Source: Vicugna vicugna (Eukaryota). From it: a DNA stretch of 58,361 nucleotides. Positions 11,861 through 24,828 of the stretch are shown here, one piece after another (position 1 is the stretch's first letter; each line of letters starts with the position of its first letter). The stretch is from positions 9,279,819 to 9,338,179 of the forward strand of contig MU058065.1 in NCBI GenBank assembly GCA_013265495.1. The letters run 5' to 3'. The notes beneath the pieces were generated by a model. That model was not told where the DNA came from, ran no database searches, and saw only the letters and a program-made list of their open reading frames with translations. Position numbers and translations under genes: made by a program.

Positions 11861-14800
11861 GTGAGTATTTTACTTGAACCTTTATGAAGAAATTCAGGAT
11901 AGTGAAACATGTATTTATAATAGAATATTTTAAATACTTGAGTCTTCAAGAGATAGGTATAAGAATACATTTCCTATTCTTATACTTAGATTTTTAACCT
12001 ATGCTTTGCAGGTTGTTTTATAATATAATTTAATTTCTAAATCTTTTAAAAAGATCACTTAAAGTCTTTACTTTTGAAAAACTTTTTAAAAATCTGCTAA
12101 AGAAATAAGTATAAGCCAAAATGTATTTTATATTCTCTACATCTTCTAGCCAATCCAATAATAAAAAGATTCTCCAATGGCTGTTTTCTGTAACAAAATT
12201 TCTCTGTGATTAAAAACAAAATATAAATAATTGATTTTAGTAACTTTTAGAGTAATCGTTAATCCAATAAAATGAGAAAAACCTGTGCTTCAGATTTTGT
12301 GGTGCGAGATGTTGTCTGTCTTGTAGTGTAGTTAGATAATTGAAATGCGATACGCCTGTTAGGTAGAAACAGATTTCTTAGCTTCTTTTAGTCATGATTT
12401 GTGATTGTAGAAGTGAGATGTTCTCTGTCAAAGGTGAAGAAAATGAACAAAACCAGGTGAGTTCTGCTTGATAGCCCAGGCCCAGAGTTTTCTCACGCGG
12501 GCCCAGTGGTCAATCTCCGTTGCAAATGAGGCCCCGTCACCAGTGTTCTGGAGATGCAGGACATGTGGCCCCGCCCCCGTGTCTCTGCTCATGTTGATTT
12601 CAGAGGTGACTAGTTTGCAGAGTGTTAGATGACAACTCAGGGTTCATGGACCTCCAGTTGGAGCTGAGGCCTGGTTACCCTCTTGCTTTTTGGAGTGCTG
12701 CACTACCGAACCCCCTGCAACCCCAGCGTCCTCACCGCCCTGTGATGCTATTGGGATTGTTAGAATGAAAAAGTCCAGATTTGTACCAGATTAAGAAATG
12801 ACAGATTGACTCAGGCATCCAAAGCGCTGCTCATTAGATTTGTTACAGTGGTGGCATTCCTTCTCCACATGAAGTTTTATCGCAGCTGTGAAACAGATAA
12901 AACAAGGACTGATCTGGTTAAAGAGGACATGAGTAGCCAGAACACCTAGACCCTCAGGTAGCCCCTAAGATCATCCTGACAAGCTCTAGAACCAGAGGAA
13001 TGCCATTGGAAAGCTAGTGTTTTCAGTAATTTGGGCAAACGGTGCAGCTGAATTTAAAAAATATATACATATATATTTTTTAAATCACGATTCATAGAGT
13101 AAACAACTGGGGCTAGAGTTTCATCTTGGAAACGGTGAGATTGAACTGGATGAATTCCATGGTTCTTCCCATTTCTACCATCTATAGTTTTTAAATAGTT
13201 TAATAGTTTTCCCTTTTACTTGGTGAGCCATGCATTGGAATTATCCGTATTTGTAAAAATGAAATTGGCTAGGATGGTGTTCCTTATGTTAACTGGGTTT
13301 AAATGTCCAGTAAGGAAGCAGACGTACTCCTGTAAACCATGTATGATGCCACCAAGAGCAAATGCTTCCAACTCTGCCAAGCTTCTTAGGCAAGCTCCCT
13401 TCACATACAGGCAGCTGATGAGAGCTGGATGGGGAAAGGGGTGCCCCAGTTTTAAGACCATCATTTTAAGAAAAGATTAGCTTTTATTCTGAAAGGTATT
13501 TATAAATCTTTAGCACTTTTTACAAGAGAAATGAACTCTATTTGTTAGTTGAATAAGTACACTGTTTTTTTAAATGAGGATAAACATATTTTTATTATAG
13601 AACATTTAGGAGTGAATCAATATTACTAGGAAAATATTTAAGTATGGCTTTTTTATACGTATTAGAAAATAGCTTAGGTTTTAGTTTTACATTTTGAAGT
13701 TCTAGGTTTCAAACAGAAATGTCTTCCTGCCCCTAATTCTTGCAGTATCCATGGAGAGTAAATAGTCAACACTCAGTTCATTTCCAGTGAAGATTAATAT
13801 ATCACCATGAATGGGTTTCATATGGTATTTGTTACCGTTTGTTCCCACAATGAAATTATATTGAAATTTGTGGTAGCGGGAACACCCTGGTATTTGAGAG
13901 TATCCTTTGCTTTGGAAAGGAAAGGAATACATTAGTGGTGAGAGCAGGAAATTTCACCCCCTATGGATAGAAGACTGACTCATAGGTGGCCGCTGGGAGC
14001 TGCTGCCTGCTGGCTTAAGGGGGTATAAAGCAACGGGTAAACCCACCCTTGTTCTCTCCAAGCCACCAGAAGTTAGCTTCCTGTAGCCTAGAAAAGAAGA
14101 AAGATTTTACCATTTTGTAGGAAGTCTGTTTTGCCTCCTTTTCCAGCAGCCGCCATGTAAAAGCACAGGTCGTCACTGGCTGTAATTATTACCTTGAAAA
14201 AGTCACAGGATCACTTGAGCCCACTGTGTCTCGAGGAAGTAGAAAAGAAAAGCTAGTAGCTTACTTTCTCTTGCAAAGAGAGGTTTGCTGTGGAACTTGT
14301 GTTGAGCTCACTTGACAGCTGCCTATCTCTGAGGTTAGCCTCATTAGGAGAGAGGTGTTACAGAAACAAAATGGCAGGCATTATTGAAGTAGAGGAGATA
14401 AAATATGGAAGCATATCCAGATGTTTGGCTGATGTAATTTTTCTCCTTGTTGGTCTCAGAAAATTCACAGGATTTATATTTGAGGATTTTGGCTCTAGTG
14501 TTATGAACTTGAAACGTTTGGACACTGTTGCTTTTATTAATAGTTACAGACACTCTTATAGTTGTGACACTAAATGGCAGGTTGGACTGTGGAGAAGATG
14601 TGGTACAAGTCTCAAAGGATTTATCTTTATCTCCTAAAAGAAGAACAGCAGAGAGATGTATACTATGAGAAAGTCTTAAGATTTCAAGTGTGCATATGCC
14701 TGAGAAGACTGAAAGGACAGGAGAGATGTCACATGTCACATGGCCGTCCTATTCATGGTAGTGTAGCAAGAGCTTAGTGTGATACCTGACACGCAGTAGG

Positions 14801-14949
14801 TGCTCAGTAAATGCTGGAGATAGGGGTGGAATTGGTTAAGTCTCGGCAGGCCCTACCTTCTCCTGCTTTATTATTTGGGGCGTATCCATGAGCCTACCTG
14901 TGCAGCTCTCAGTGATTAATCATGTGGTTTCCAAAGTCTGAACAAAAAG

Positions 14950-15125
14950 ATAGCAAGTTACCTAATTCTCTGTTCTTCCATTTCTTTATCTTTGAAGTGG
15001 GAATAATAGTCCTAGTCTCATAGGGTTGTGATGAGTTGTAAATAATTTCTTACTGTCTGAAGCCCTTGTGTCCGTTCCTGGCCCATAGTAAGCACTCAAC
15101 AGATGTTTGCGTCTTTTCATTATTG
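14950..15125 (+). mobile_element. MIR SINE
   Basis: caagttacctaattctctg...tttctttatctttgaagtgggaataatagt...tcatagggttgtgatgag...cctggcccatagtaagcactcaa. Confidence 0.75.
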
Positions 15126-15525
15126 TATACATCTCTGTTTATTGTCTCTAGCCCCTAGCCAATTATATGCCCTGCAGTGACAGACTTAGTTTGTATGGTT
15201 CATTGTTGAATGACAACAGCTAGAATAGTGCCTGACATCTAATATATATATTTGTTGAATTAACTAATTAATAGCCACATCAGTACCTGCCTAATGTTCA
15301 AGTACTTTGACATAGAGAAATTTATTGAGTAATAAAACTTCTCTGTTGGATAATTTCATCTGAATATTCTATGCTAGTTATTTTAAAAACCTTTTTCTAA
15401 ATCCCAGAAAGGCCAACAAAGTTACCGGTCATCAGGCTTCATCTGTTGCTGACTTCTCTGTTTCGCTTGAAAGAAGTAATATGACCCTGTGAGTGATGAA
15501 GGAAAAGCGAATTTTGAAATTGGTG

Positions 15526-16075
15526 TGTGGTCCTGTTATCATTACTGCCCAATAAACTACCCCAAACACAGTGGAGTAAAACGACAGCCTTTTTATATGT
15601 AGCTCCTGGATTCTGTGGGTCAGGAATTCAGGTGGAGCCTGATCAGCAGGGCTGGCTTGTCTCCACGACATACGGGGCCTCAACTGGGAAGACTCCAGTG
15701 ATTGGGGGTGACTTGCGTGAGTGGAGGTTGGAGTCCTCTAGAGGCTTTGTTACTCACGTGTCAGACTCCGGGGCTGGGATGATGCAAGGGCTGAGCTCAG
15801 CTCGAACTGTTAACTAGAGTCATTTACATGTAGTCTGCTGTGGTTGGGCTTCTCCAGGCGGGACGGCTGGGTTCTGAGAGGGAGTGTTCCAGGAGGGAGC
15901 ATCCTGGCAGCAGGTGCTCCAAGAGGACCAGGAAGAAGCCTGGGAAATCGTACAGCGGCAGTACAGCTAAGTCAAAGTAAGCACAGGCTTCCTCCGTTTC
16001 AGGGGTCGGGGGTGTAGATTCCACCTCCCAGTGGGAAGAGTGTCAAAAGAATTTATGACCACTTAATTTTATGCT
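15526..16075 (-). mobile_element. ERVL-MaLR solo LTR, MLT1F/G-like
   Basis: aactaccccaaacacagtggagtaaaacgacagcc...gattctgtgggtcaggaattcag...ggggcctcaactgggaagactc...agattccacctcccagtgggaagagtgtcaaa. Confidence 0.7.
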
Positions 16076-17180
16076 GCTTAAAGCTGACCGATGGTTTTCA
16101 GAAGTGGCCACAGTAGTTTCTTAGCTTGTGTCCACACTCTTGGGTAGTCCGTTGTCTCAGTGACTCAAGGGTTGGCCATGAGATTTGTTTTGGTCATGGA
16201 GTAATATGCTAATATGACACAATGAGAAACTTGAAAATTGGTTCTGTATCAAGGCTTGCCTGCTGGATGATGAGAGATGCACGGAATGAACCACCCAGAC
16301 ATGAGTTGAGGGCGTCGCAGGCCAGCCAGCTGCCAGCAGACCGCCAGCCCGTGAGCAGTGCCAGTGCCACTCAAACACTTCTTTTATCTTGTGTATCTGA
16401 GCAGTGGAGAGGAGCAGGGCCAATTGTGTCTGCATTGTGGGCTTTTATTGGCATCCTGGCCTTACTGGCAAAACTAAGACAAAGTTGATTCTTTTATGAG
16501 CTTTAATCAAGAACTTGGACCATTTCTTTTCTTTTCTTTTCTTTTTTTTCAGGAAGGGAGATTATACATAAAATAAAGAAACTTTGATCATTGCTGTCTA
16601 ATCCTTTATCTGCCATGTTTCAGAGTAGTATTTTTTTTTCCCCTTCCAAACCACTTCTTGTTCTTCTACTCCTTGGCTTGTTGCAAGTCTTCCTTCTCCA
16701 GCAGATGCAAACCTGGGCATTTTACTCTTTCGCATCTTGTGCCACGAAGAGGTTGTCCTGTGTTGTGCACAGGCACGCACATGTCATGGAGTAGCTGGTA
16801 ATTAGTCAAAACTAAGAAAGCCCCTGAATGATGGTCTGGCTCTGTTACTAGTCAGGTGGCAGTGTCGTGGTGGAGTCAGTGGGGAAGTTCTGATTCCAGA
16901 GTTTCTCTGTCCCTGCTCACTGGTTTTCCCCTTTAGAATGGCTTAATGGCTTTATCTCTCCCCTTAAAACTTAAATTTTATTGAATTTAATAGGAACTTA
17001 AATGTATGTCATGAGAGGGGAATGTACCTGCACTGGAATATATGGAAACTCTTAATCTCTTCTCTACTAAATAATCTGGCATATCCTGTACTCTTTTATT
17101 TTTAAACTTATTATTTACAGTTCCAACTGTAACTGATTTAAAAAGCTGACATGGCCATGAAATATTTTATCATTTAAAAA

Positions 17181-17280
17181 GTTTTTTTATTGAAATGTAG
17201 TTGATGACAATGTTAGTCTCAGGTATATAGCAAAGTGATTCAGTTTTACATATACGTACATATTCTTTTCCGTTATATAT
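17181..17280 (-). mobile_element. short L1 3'-end fragment
   Basis: tttttttattgaaatgtagttgatgacaatgttagtctcaggtatatagcaaagtgattcagtt. Confidence 0.7.
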
Positions 17281-19789
17281 CCTGTCCTCCTTTTTCTTAA
17301 GTCTTGTTAGCAGAGGCTCAGTCAGTGGTGGTAGAAGCATGTAAAGCAGAAGAGAAGGTTGTGCCAGGGTTTTGCTTTGCCTTAATTCAGGGGCAGATTT
17401 CAATAAATTGAATTGTTCAGGTGGCAAGTCCTTATAGTGAATTGAATTTATGTTCTGTAATTTGGGTAATTATTTGATATGGCTTCATGCTGTTAGATTA
17501 TGTCAGTGCATGCACATTAAAAAATAGATTAGGGAGTGGTTTTAAGCACTAGTAAATTATCTGGGGGCAAACATTTTCCCTGATTACTTTTCTGCCTAGA
17601 AGCTTATAACTTACAAGCTTCTAAGTCATAAAGAAATAGGAGGCTCTGAGGTAACTGATGAAGCGTTTTAGGTGGTGAAACCCTCAATTGCTTTGTAATG
17701 AAAGGCTCCTCATTTTGTGATTGGGTTGCTTAGTTCGTGAAGTCATATGTTTTATGTAAAGGGTACAACCTCAGCCTTTCCAAGTGTTTATGGACTTAGC
17801 CTTCTTTTTGCTGGAACGTTAACAAAGACCATAAGCACAATACCTCAGTCCCCTAAAGCTTTGCTCTCTGGCTCTGTTGCTTCGTAGCAGTGTGATGGGA
17901 GCCTCATTTTCTACAAAATGGAGATTATGAAACCAACACTTCAGAGGCGGTGTTGAGGGTAGAACATGATAACAAATGAAAAGCAATGAATGCAGAGGGG
18001 AAGGTCAGCGACAGTTCCCTTGTACTTCCCCCTACACTTTCCCTTTTAAACACACGTTGCACTGTGTTCATATTTGAATTTGATAATGATCACTGATCAT
18101 ATCAGTGCACGTGGTTCAAGGAGTACCTTGGCCAGCATTTCTTTCCACACTGTACAAGCAAAAATTATTCTCTAACTTGGTGACTGTTATCAGCTGAATC
18201 TCACAGCCGTTGCTGTTTCTAAACTCCCCATGTATGTGAGTGTTTCTCCAAAAAGTGCCAAATGTTAGGCTGGCTGCTGTGTTGCGGTTGCACAGTGTGG
18301 CCGTGTCACGTGCGTTGGTGTTATTTCATGTCTTGGAGTACCATGAAGATTTCACATTTAGCCAAAAAAAGGAAAGAAGACAAGCCCTGCTTGTCGGAGT
18401 GTGCCTGGATCAGTCACCAAAAAATTGTTTCTCGTCGTTATTAAAGTGGCCCTGTGAGGTGAGGGCAGGGTGCTGTGGGGAGAGCCTGAGTCCGTGGGCT
18501 TTGACAGGTGATGGACACATGGTCATTCTGCCTTTCTCACCCCCACCTCCTGCGCTCTCTTAAGGGTGTTGGTGTCCCGCCTTGGACAGAGCTGCTGCTC
18601 CTGTTTGGGTGACGGGAGTAATTGGGAGCATGTGTGACAAGTATAGGACAAGAGGAAGAAGGTCTCCAGGCTGAATCATTTGTTTGTATTTTTCATGTAG
18701 TCGAGTTACTTTCTCCTAGGCTTGAGGAACTTCCGATAAGGGTTAGCTTTTCAATGAAGAGTCTGCCCACGCCCTATGGGTTCGTTCTTCTAAGACTGTG
18801 CTGGTCCCCCTGGGACCCCGTAGGAGCTTGGTCCATGATAAGTACAGTCATACCGAACTTTTATACTTACTTGTTTGTTCTGTCTTCTGCTCTGGATGCC
18901 AGTATTTATTAATTGATTGAAACGTTCAGTTCTCAAAGAAGATGAATATTATATGATCCTTTTCTAAATTTTGTCTCACTTGTACTCTTCATTGCCTGTT
19001 GTCTTTCTTTTTTTGGCTGAATGTGAAATCTTCATTATTCTCCATCTATGATTTGAGGGCGTTGGCTGTCATCCAAGTCAAGTGAGAGCTGGAGAGGAAA
19101 ATGAAAATCACGTAGCATCCTGTTCCTGATAATTTTTGTATTTACATATATTTGTTCACTTTCTGTCGGCTTAATTTCGTGTGTCCTTGCAACCCATCTC
19201 TTCATTCTTACAAATGGCCTTCTACAGCACCCGAGGCCTTCTCGCCCTCAAGTCTACACTCAGTAACTCTGCCTACACTCCTCTTCACATGCTGGTGTGG
19301 ATTCCAGAAACACAGATTAAGACGTTCAGTGATGATCTGCTGTGAAATTGTACACTGTCCTCTCTCTTGCTCTTTTTTTTGGATAATGTCTGTTCTCTAG
19401 AATTAGTGTTCAATAGTGGGATCACTGATTCAGAATTTTATAATGAAATTTGGCTTTACCCACAGAATCCAAACTCTTTTTTATCACTGGTCAGTCATAA
19501 GCAGGACCTCAGGCAGGAATGTTCTCTGCTGTTGTGCTGGACCCTCCCCTGTGTACCGCCGCAGTGCCTTTCTGGTCGGCTTGCTTACTCCTTCCCTTCT
19601 TCCTGAAAGCTTGAAAACTCGATAAGGCATCAAAATTTTAGGATGAAAAATTACCTAGAATCAATGAAGGCATACTGTCAAATAACCCCAATTCCATAAA
19701 TGAGACTCCCCTCCTTTCATTCTTTAAAACTTCAGGATATCAAGAAAGTTGGCCTCACTTATCCCAGGTAGCAGGGCACGTGGATATAT

Positions 19790-19970
19790 GATGGGGTCTC
19801 ACTTGGGTCAGGGGACCTGATTTCAAATCCTTCTTAAACTCTTGGACTGTCAGTATTTTCACCTGAAAAGTCATACCTTACAAAATGACAGGTAGGACTT
19901 AATGAGGTAATGTCTATAAAGCACTTAGCATATAATAAGATATCAAAACTGTTAACTTGCTATCAGTATA
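19790..19970 (+). mobile_element. MIR SINE
   Basis: gacctgatttcaaatcc...aatgaggtaatgtctataaagcacttagcata. Confidence 0.6.
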
Positions 19971-20336
19971 ATTAAGTAAATTCCTCACTGAATGGCTGTA
20001 TTTCCTTGCACAGATTTGTAATGCTACACATTGAAGAACTTAATGTCATCATGTGTTATATAAAGCCAAGGGAGTTATTAATCAGCTTGTTGAATGTATT
20101 GTTAAACTTTTTCTGCATGTTCACTGTTGCTCAGAAGGAACCTGGTTTGTTTAACTTGGTGACTTTAATTTTAGTTGTGCTTCTTCCTGAAAGTATAACT
20201 GAACTGTAGCTTCTGTTATTATTTTATTAATATGTAACCGAAAATGGAAAAGAAAGTGAGGGGGAAAAGAAAGAAGCATGGTGGATTTGAAAGTAAAATT
20301 AATACTATACTATGATTTGGTTCTTTTTCTCTTTAG

Positions 20337-20435
20337 ATCTTTTAGAGAAATCTCGAGTTGTTAAGCAGCCAAGAGGTGAAAGAAACTTCCATGTGTTCTA
20401 TCAGCTGCTTTCTGGTGCCTCTGAGGAGCTCCTTA
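20337..20435 (+). CDS. MYO1B: MYO1B exon (~exon 8), 99 nt
   Basis: ctttag|ATCTTTTA...CTCCTTA|gtaagt; (Y)[32 protein letters not shown]. Confidence 0.95.
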
Positions 20436-20849
20436 GTAAGTCCTTGTTTCCATGTTTTAATTTTTACCGTTGCAGCGTTCTCCAAAGCAGAAATATCCTG
20501 TATGCGTTTCCCCTTCCTTCTTAAAACTTTTCCGTGGTTCTGGTTGCATGAAGGACACGAAGGCTTCTGTTGCGCCGCAGCCATTGTTTGACATCTGTCT
20601 CTGTCGTGCCTCACCAGACACCATGGCATGTCTCAGATAGTTTGCTAAAAGAGCTAAAAATTGGGGGAGGGGCTCATCACATTTGAAAAATAAAATGGAA
20701 AAATATAATTATTCCATTTGGGGAGAGGAAATGAACAGGGAGCATGAGGTGAATACAATTATATAAAAACAAATTGCTCTGTAATGATTTAGAAATAGTG
20801 GGAAGACATTTGCAACTAGTACGAGAGTTAAAAAAATCTGACCTTTGGA

Positions 20850-21400
20850 TATTTTAGAGAATTAACATAAGTTCATCAGGATAGTATCTGATAGTCAATA
20901 GCTAAGTGGTGAAGAGTTTTGAACAAACAGTTCAAACAAGAAGAGCTATGGAAAGTCAACACACTGGGAGCAGACATCATTCTCACTAATTATCAACAAA
21001 TGTAAATTGAAACAGCGCTGAAGTATCACTACACATATATTAGCAAAAGTTATTAAAAAGGATAAAACTGGCAGAGTTGTCAGGTACTGATTACTTGGAG
21101 TTTGTGGGTGTCACTTCAAAGTGAAGACTCCTTCCTGGGGGACTAATTGGCAAAGCAGAGTAAGTCCTAAAATGATCAGAGCCCACTGCCCGGCACACGA
21201 CTTTTTGGAATATATCCCAATGAAATAATTCAAAAGAATCTAAAAAAACTTTTTGTGTGAAGACATTTTTTACTGCCCTTTATTTATTATTATAAACTGG
21301 AGAAAATCCAAATGTCCAACAGTGGGGGAATCACTAGGCAGACATCATATGTTATAAGGAATGGTACATTGAGGATGTTTCGCATTATCAGTCAAAATAT
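20850..21400 (+). mobile_element. old L1 (L1ME-like) ORF2/3' relic
   Basis: gaacaaacagttcaaacaagaagag...ctcactaattatcaacaaatgtaaattgaaaca...aaatccaaatgtccaacagtggggga. Confidence 0.55.
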
Positions 21401-21631
21401 GGAAAGGGCCTGTCTCGATAAATGTTTGAAAAGCAGGTTTTGAAATACGCACAACAGCGATAAAGGTGATTTTAGAAAAATGCTGTGACTGGTATTTGAG
21501 TATAAACTTCTGTTCTGTTGATTCAGTGTATCACATGAAAGTCATTTTATCTGAAGGGTGAAAGGAATGAGATATTAAAGATGATTAGATTTATTGAAGT
21601 AACTTACCAGCTTGTGTGTGTGATTTGATAG

Positions 21632-21735
21632 GTAAGCTTAAACTTGAGCGGGATTTCAGCAGATACAACTACCTGAGTCTGGACTCTGCCAGAGTGAATG
21701 GAGTGGACGATGCAGCAAACTTCAGAACCGTCAGG
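21632..21735 (+). CDS. MYO1B: MYO1B exon (~exon 9), 104 nt
   Basis: tgatag|GTAAGCTT...GTCAGG|gtgaga; (S)KLKLERDFSRYNYLSLDSARVNGVDDAANFRTVR. Confidence 0.92.
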
Positions 21736-23198
21736 GTGAGATGTAACCCTTTCATTACTCTTTAAAATGGGCAACACTATATTGTTCAATCAGTGTTGGT
21801 AAGTTGTCTTTGACATATAACTCTTGCTCCCTAAGGTTTCAGAATTTTGTAAGAATGTATTGTATCTTTATTAGTTTGATTTTTTTTTTTTAACTAGCTC
21901 AAAACTCATGCGGTATTGAGAAGGCTGTTCTTTACTGAAACGTGTGATTTTACTTTTAATCAAAAGGAGCTTTCTTAGATTATCTCAAGTTTGACTCTTA
22001 ATATTGTACCGAAATTCCAAACGTTTTTATAGCCAAAGCTATAAAAGTGGGTAATGTCTAAGTGTGAAAACTGTCTTACGATCATGTTGAGTCAAATCAA
22101 TTTTTGAGGCCATCATGTTTTTATATAGTTTTCAAAAACTCATGACTAAACCAGAATGATTAGCATTTGTGTTCATTAGAAAGTAAATCATTTAAAATTA
22201 TATTGTATGTTCTTTGTTTATGTGGCACTTGGAAAATTACTAGGGCATGATCTGGTAACTTATTTACTTCCAAATGAGACAGCTGTGATTGGGGGTGGGT
22301 GGGGAATAGGCTGGACTGTCGATAAAACAAGATTAGCATCAGTTCAGCTTTAAGGGTAAGTGAAAATGATATGGGGTTCTTTTCCTGCTCTGTTTGAAGT
22401 TTTCCAGAACGAAAAAAACTTACAGCACTCCCATTGCTATGTCACCAAGTCAGTATTATATGGTTGTGTGTGTATCTATATGTATATATTTATATATAAA
22501 ACTTGAGCTATTCTCAGAAAGCATTTCTTAGAGTGTCATTTTTGAAAATTGCATAAACATCTTCATATGGAAGCCTGTTGATTCCTGGAAATGATTTTAA
22601 GACTTGAGTTCAGGACCAGTTCTCTAACTGCTTTGTCTGGCAGAACAATGGCACTCAGTAAAAATTTATGACTAGATGAACGTTCCTTGTTACCCAGAGT
22701 CCCTCAAATCAGGCACTTTACCTTTGCAAACCAGTTTTTCTCCTACGTAAAGTAAATGAGGAGGGTCTTTTATAGGGGTTTTGAAAACTCTTTGTTGGGT
22801 TTTGTTTCTAGCAGCAGAACCCCAGTATCAAAAAAGACACACTGAGCTGCTGTGGTCGGAGTCAGGGTGGGACCCCCAGGCTCACCTCTCAGCCTCCTCT
22901 CCTTCCATCTTCCTCTTCACGTGCCCTGCTCTGCCACAGCTTGTGAAATACCCCGGGGCTTCTTGAACTAGAGCTTAAAACCGCTGAACAAGATAGAACC
23001 CCACATTGGTGCTACGTCAGGTCGCTTAATAGATTTGCTTTTTGGAAAGTTTATCCTGGGACACTTTTTCTTTTTCCTGTTGTAGTTATTTTTCTGTTTG
23101 TTTGTTTGTTTTCAGAAACAAATTGTTACATAGTTTATTTTTAAAAAGTAATAAAGAACTACAGAAAATAAACTGGTGCTCTCCCCCTCCCCCTCCAG

Positions 23199-23346
23199 AA
23201 TGCCATGCAGATTGTGGGTTTTATGGACCACGAGGCCGAGTCGGTCCTGGAGGTGGTGGCCGCGGTGCTGAAGCTGGGGAACATCGAGTTCAAGCCCGAG
23301 TCGCGAGTGAACGGCTTAGATGAGAGCAAGATCAAAGATAAAAACG
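23199..23346 (+). CDS. MYO1B: MYO1B exon (~exon 10), 148 nt
   Basis: ctccag|AATGCCATG...AAAAACG|gtaagt; NAMQIVGFMDHEAESVLEVVAAVLKLGNIEFKPESRVNGLDESKIKDKN. Confidence 0.95.
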
Positions 23347-23622
23347 GTAAGTATGTGAAGAACCGACTCCGCTTAGCGAAGCTTGCTTTGAACTTCTGCC
23401 CAGTTTTTAATATAGAAAGTAAAACTGGCTTTTTATTGCGTTGAAAAAACTTTCTAGTGAAACTGGGCGGAAATATAATCGCAGCTCACTTTGGAGTCTT
23501 TTGATTTATGTATTTTACACTGTTCGGTTTGCAAGTGATTTGGAAAGAACAACGTTAAGCCTGGAAAGTGATTCTTAGCAGCAGATACGTAGTCACCTGT
23601 TGTGTCCGTCCTCCCGCAACAG

Positions 23623-23741
23623 AGTTGAAAGAAATTTGCGAGCTGACCGGGATCGATCAGTCGGTTCTGGAACGAGCCTTCAGTTTCCGAACAGTCGAGG
23701 CCAAGCAAGAGAAGGTTTCAACTACACTGAATGTGGCTCAG
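23623..23741 (+). CDS. MYO1B: MYO1B exon (~exon 11), 119 nt
   Basis: caacag|AGTTGAAA...GCTCAG|gtgggt; (E)LKEICELTGIDQSVLERAFSFRTVEAKQEKVSTTLNVAQ. Confidence 0.95.
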
Positions 23742-24142
23742 GTGGGTGAAACGTCATGTCCAGAAGGGACATTTTAATGTCTCTGCTATTTTTATATGAG
23801 TGGGAACAGAGATTTTATTGTTCAGGCTTCTACCTTAACTGTCACGCTGTATTCAGACAGATAAACATCCCTGCCCTCATGGAGCCTAAAGTTTGGGCAG
23901 GAGGAGCCAGGCAAAGCAGTAGATGTAATAAATAAATGTATATATGAAGCTAGCAGGTGGTAAGTGCAGACAAAGAGAAGAAAGTAGAGCGAGTAAGGGA
24001 GCTCTGTAGAGTTGGGGGCAGAGAAGGTGAGTGAGCTGGGAAGTGACGGGAGTGTTTTGAGCACTAGTGGTTTGATCTGCCTTGTCCTCGAGGGGGTCTC
24101 TCTGGCTGCAACGTGGAGAGCAGAGTGTGGGGGACAGAGGGG

Positions 24143-24543
24143 CATCTCAGTCACTTTGGCTATTATAACAGAACACCATAGACTGGGTGGTTTAAATAAA
24201 AAACATTTGTTTCTCACAGCTCTGGAGGCTAGAAGTCTGAGGTCAGGGTGCCAGCATGGTCAAGTTCCTGATGAGGGCCCCCTTCCTGGTTTGCAGAGAG
24301 CTGCCTCCTTACTGTGTCCTCACATGGCAGACAGAGGGAGACTGAGAGCAGGAGTGTGAGAGTGAACTTTGGTGTCTTCATCGACTTACAAGGGTACCAG
24401 TCCCATCATGGGACTCCACCCCCATGACCACATCTACATCTGATTGCCTCCTAAAGGCCCCACCTCCAAATACCGTCCCACCAGGGAGTAGGGCTTCCAC
24501 ACGTGGATCTGTGGGGATGTACACACACATTCAGTTCACAGCA
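24143..24543 (-). mobile_element. ERVL-MaLR solo LTR, MLT1A-like
   Basis: ataacagaacaccatagactgggtggtttaaa...ctcacagctctggaggctagaagtctgaggtcagggtgccagcatggtc...cctcctaaaggccccacctccaaatacc...cattcagttcacagca. Confidence 0.85.
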
Positions 24544-24644
24544 CAGGGAGCACACAGTTGGGAGCTAACCCAGAGACGACGGTGGCTTTTGAACCAGGTG
24601 GTGGCAGTGGAACCATGGTGGTGACATCTGGTTACATATATATA

Positions 24645-24828
24645 TTTTAATTTTTTAGCATTTTACTCATTTTGTGGGGGTTTTTTGTTTGGGGGGGTTT
24701 GGGGGGGTAATTAGGTTTGTTTGTTTGTTTATTTAATTATTTATTTATTTAATGGAGGTACTAGGGATTGAACCCAGAACCTCATGCATGCTGAGCATGT
24801 GCTCTAACCACTTGGGTTATACCCTCCC
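24645..24828 (-). mobile_element. camelid tRNA-derived SINE (Vic-1-like) with long tail
   Basis: ggtaattaggttt...aatggaggtactagggattgaacccagaacctcatgcatgctgagcatg...ttataccctccc; TSD-like catctggtta / catcctggtta. Confidence 0.9.
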
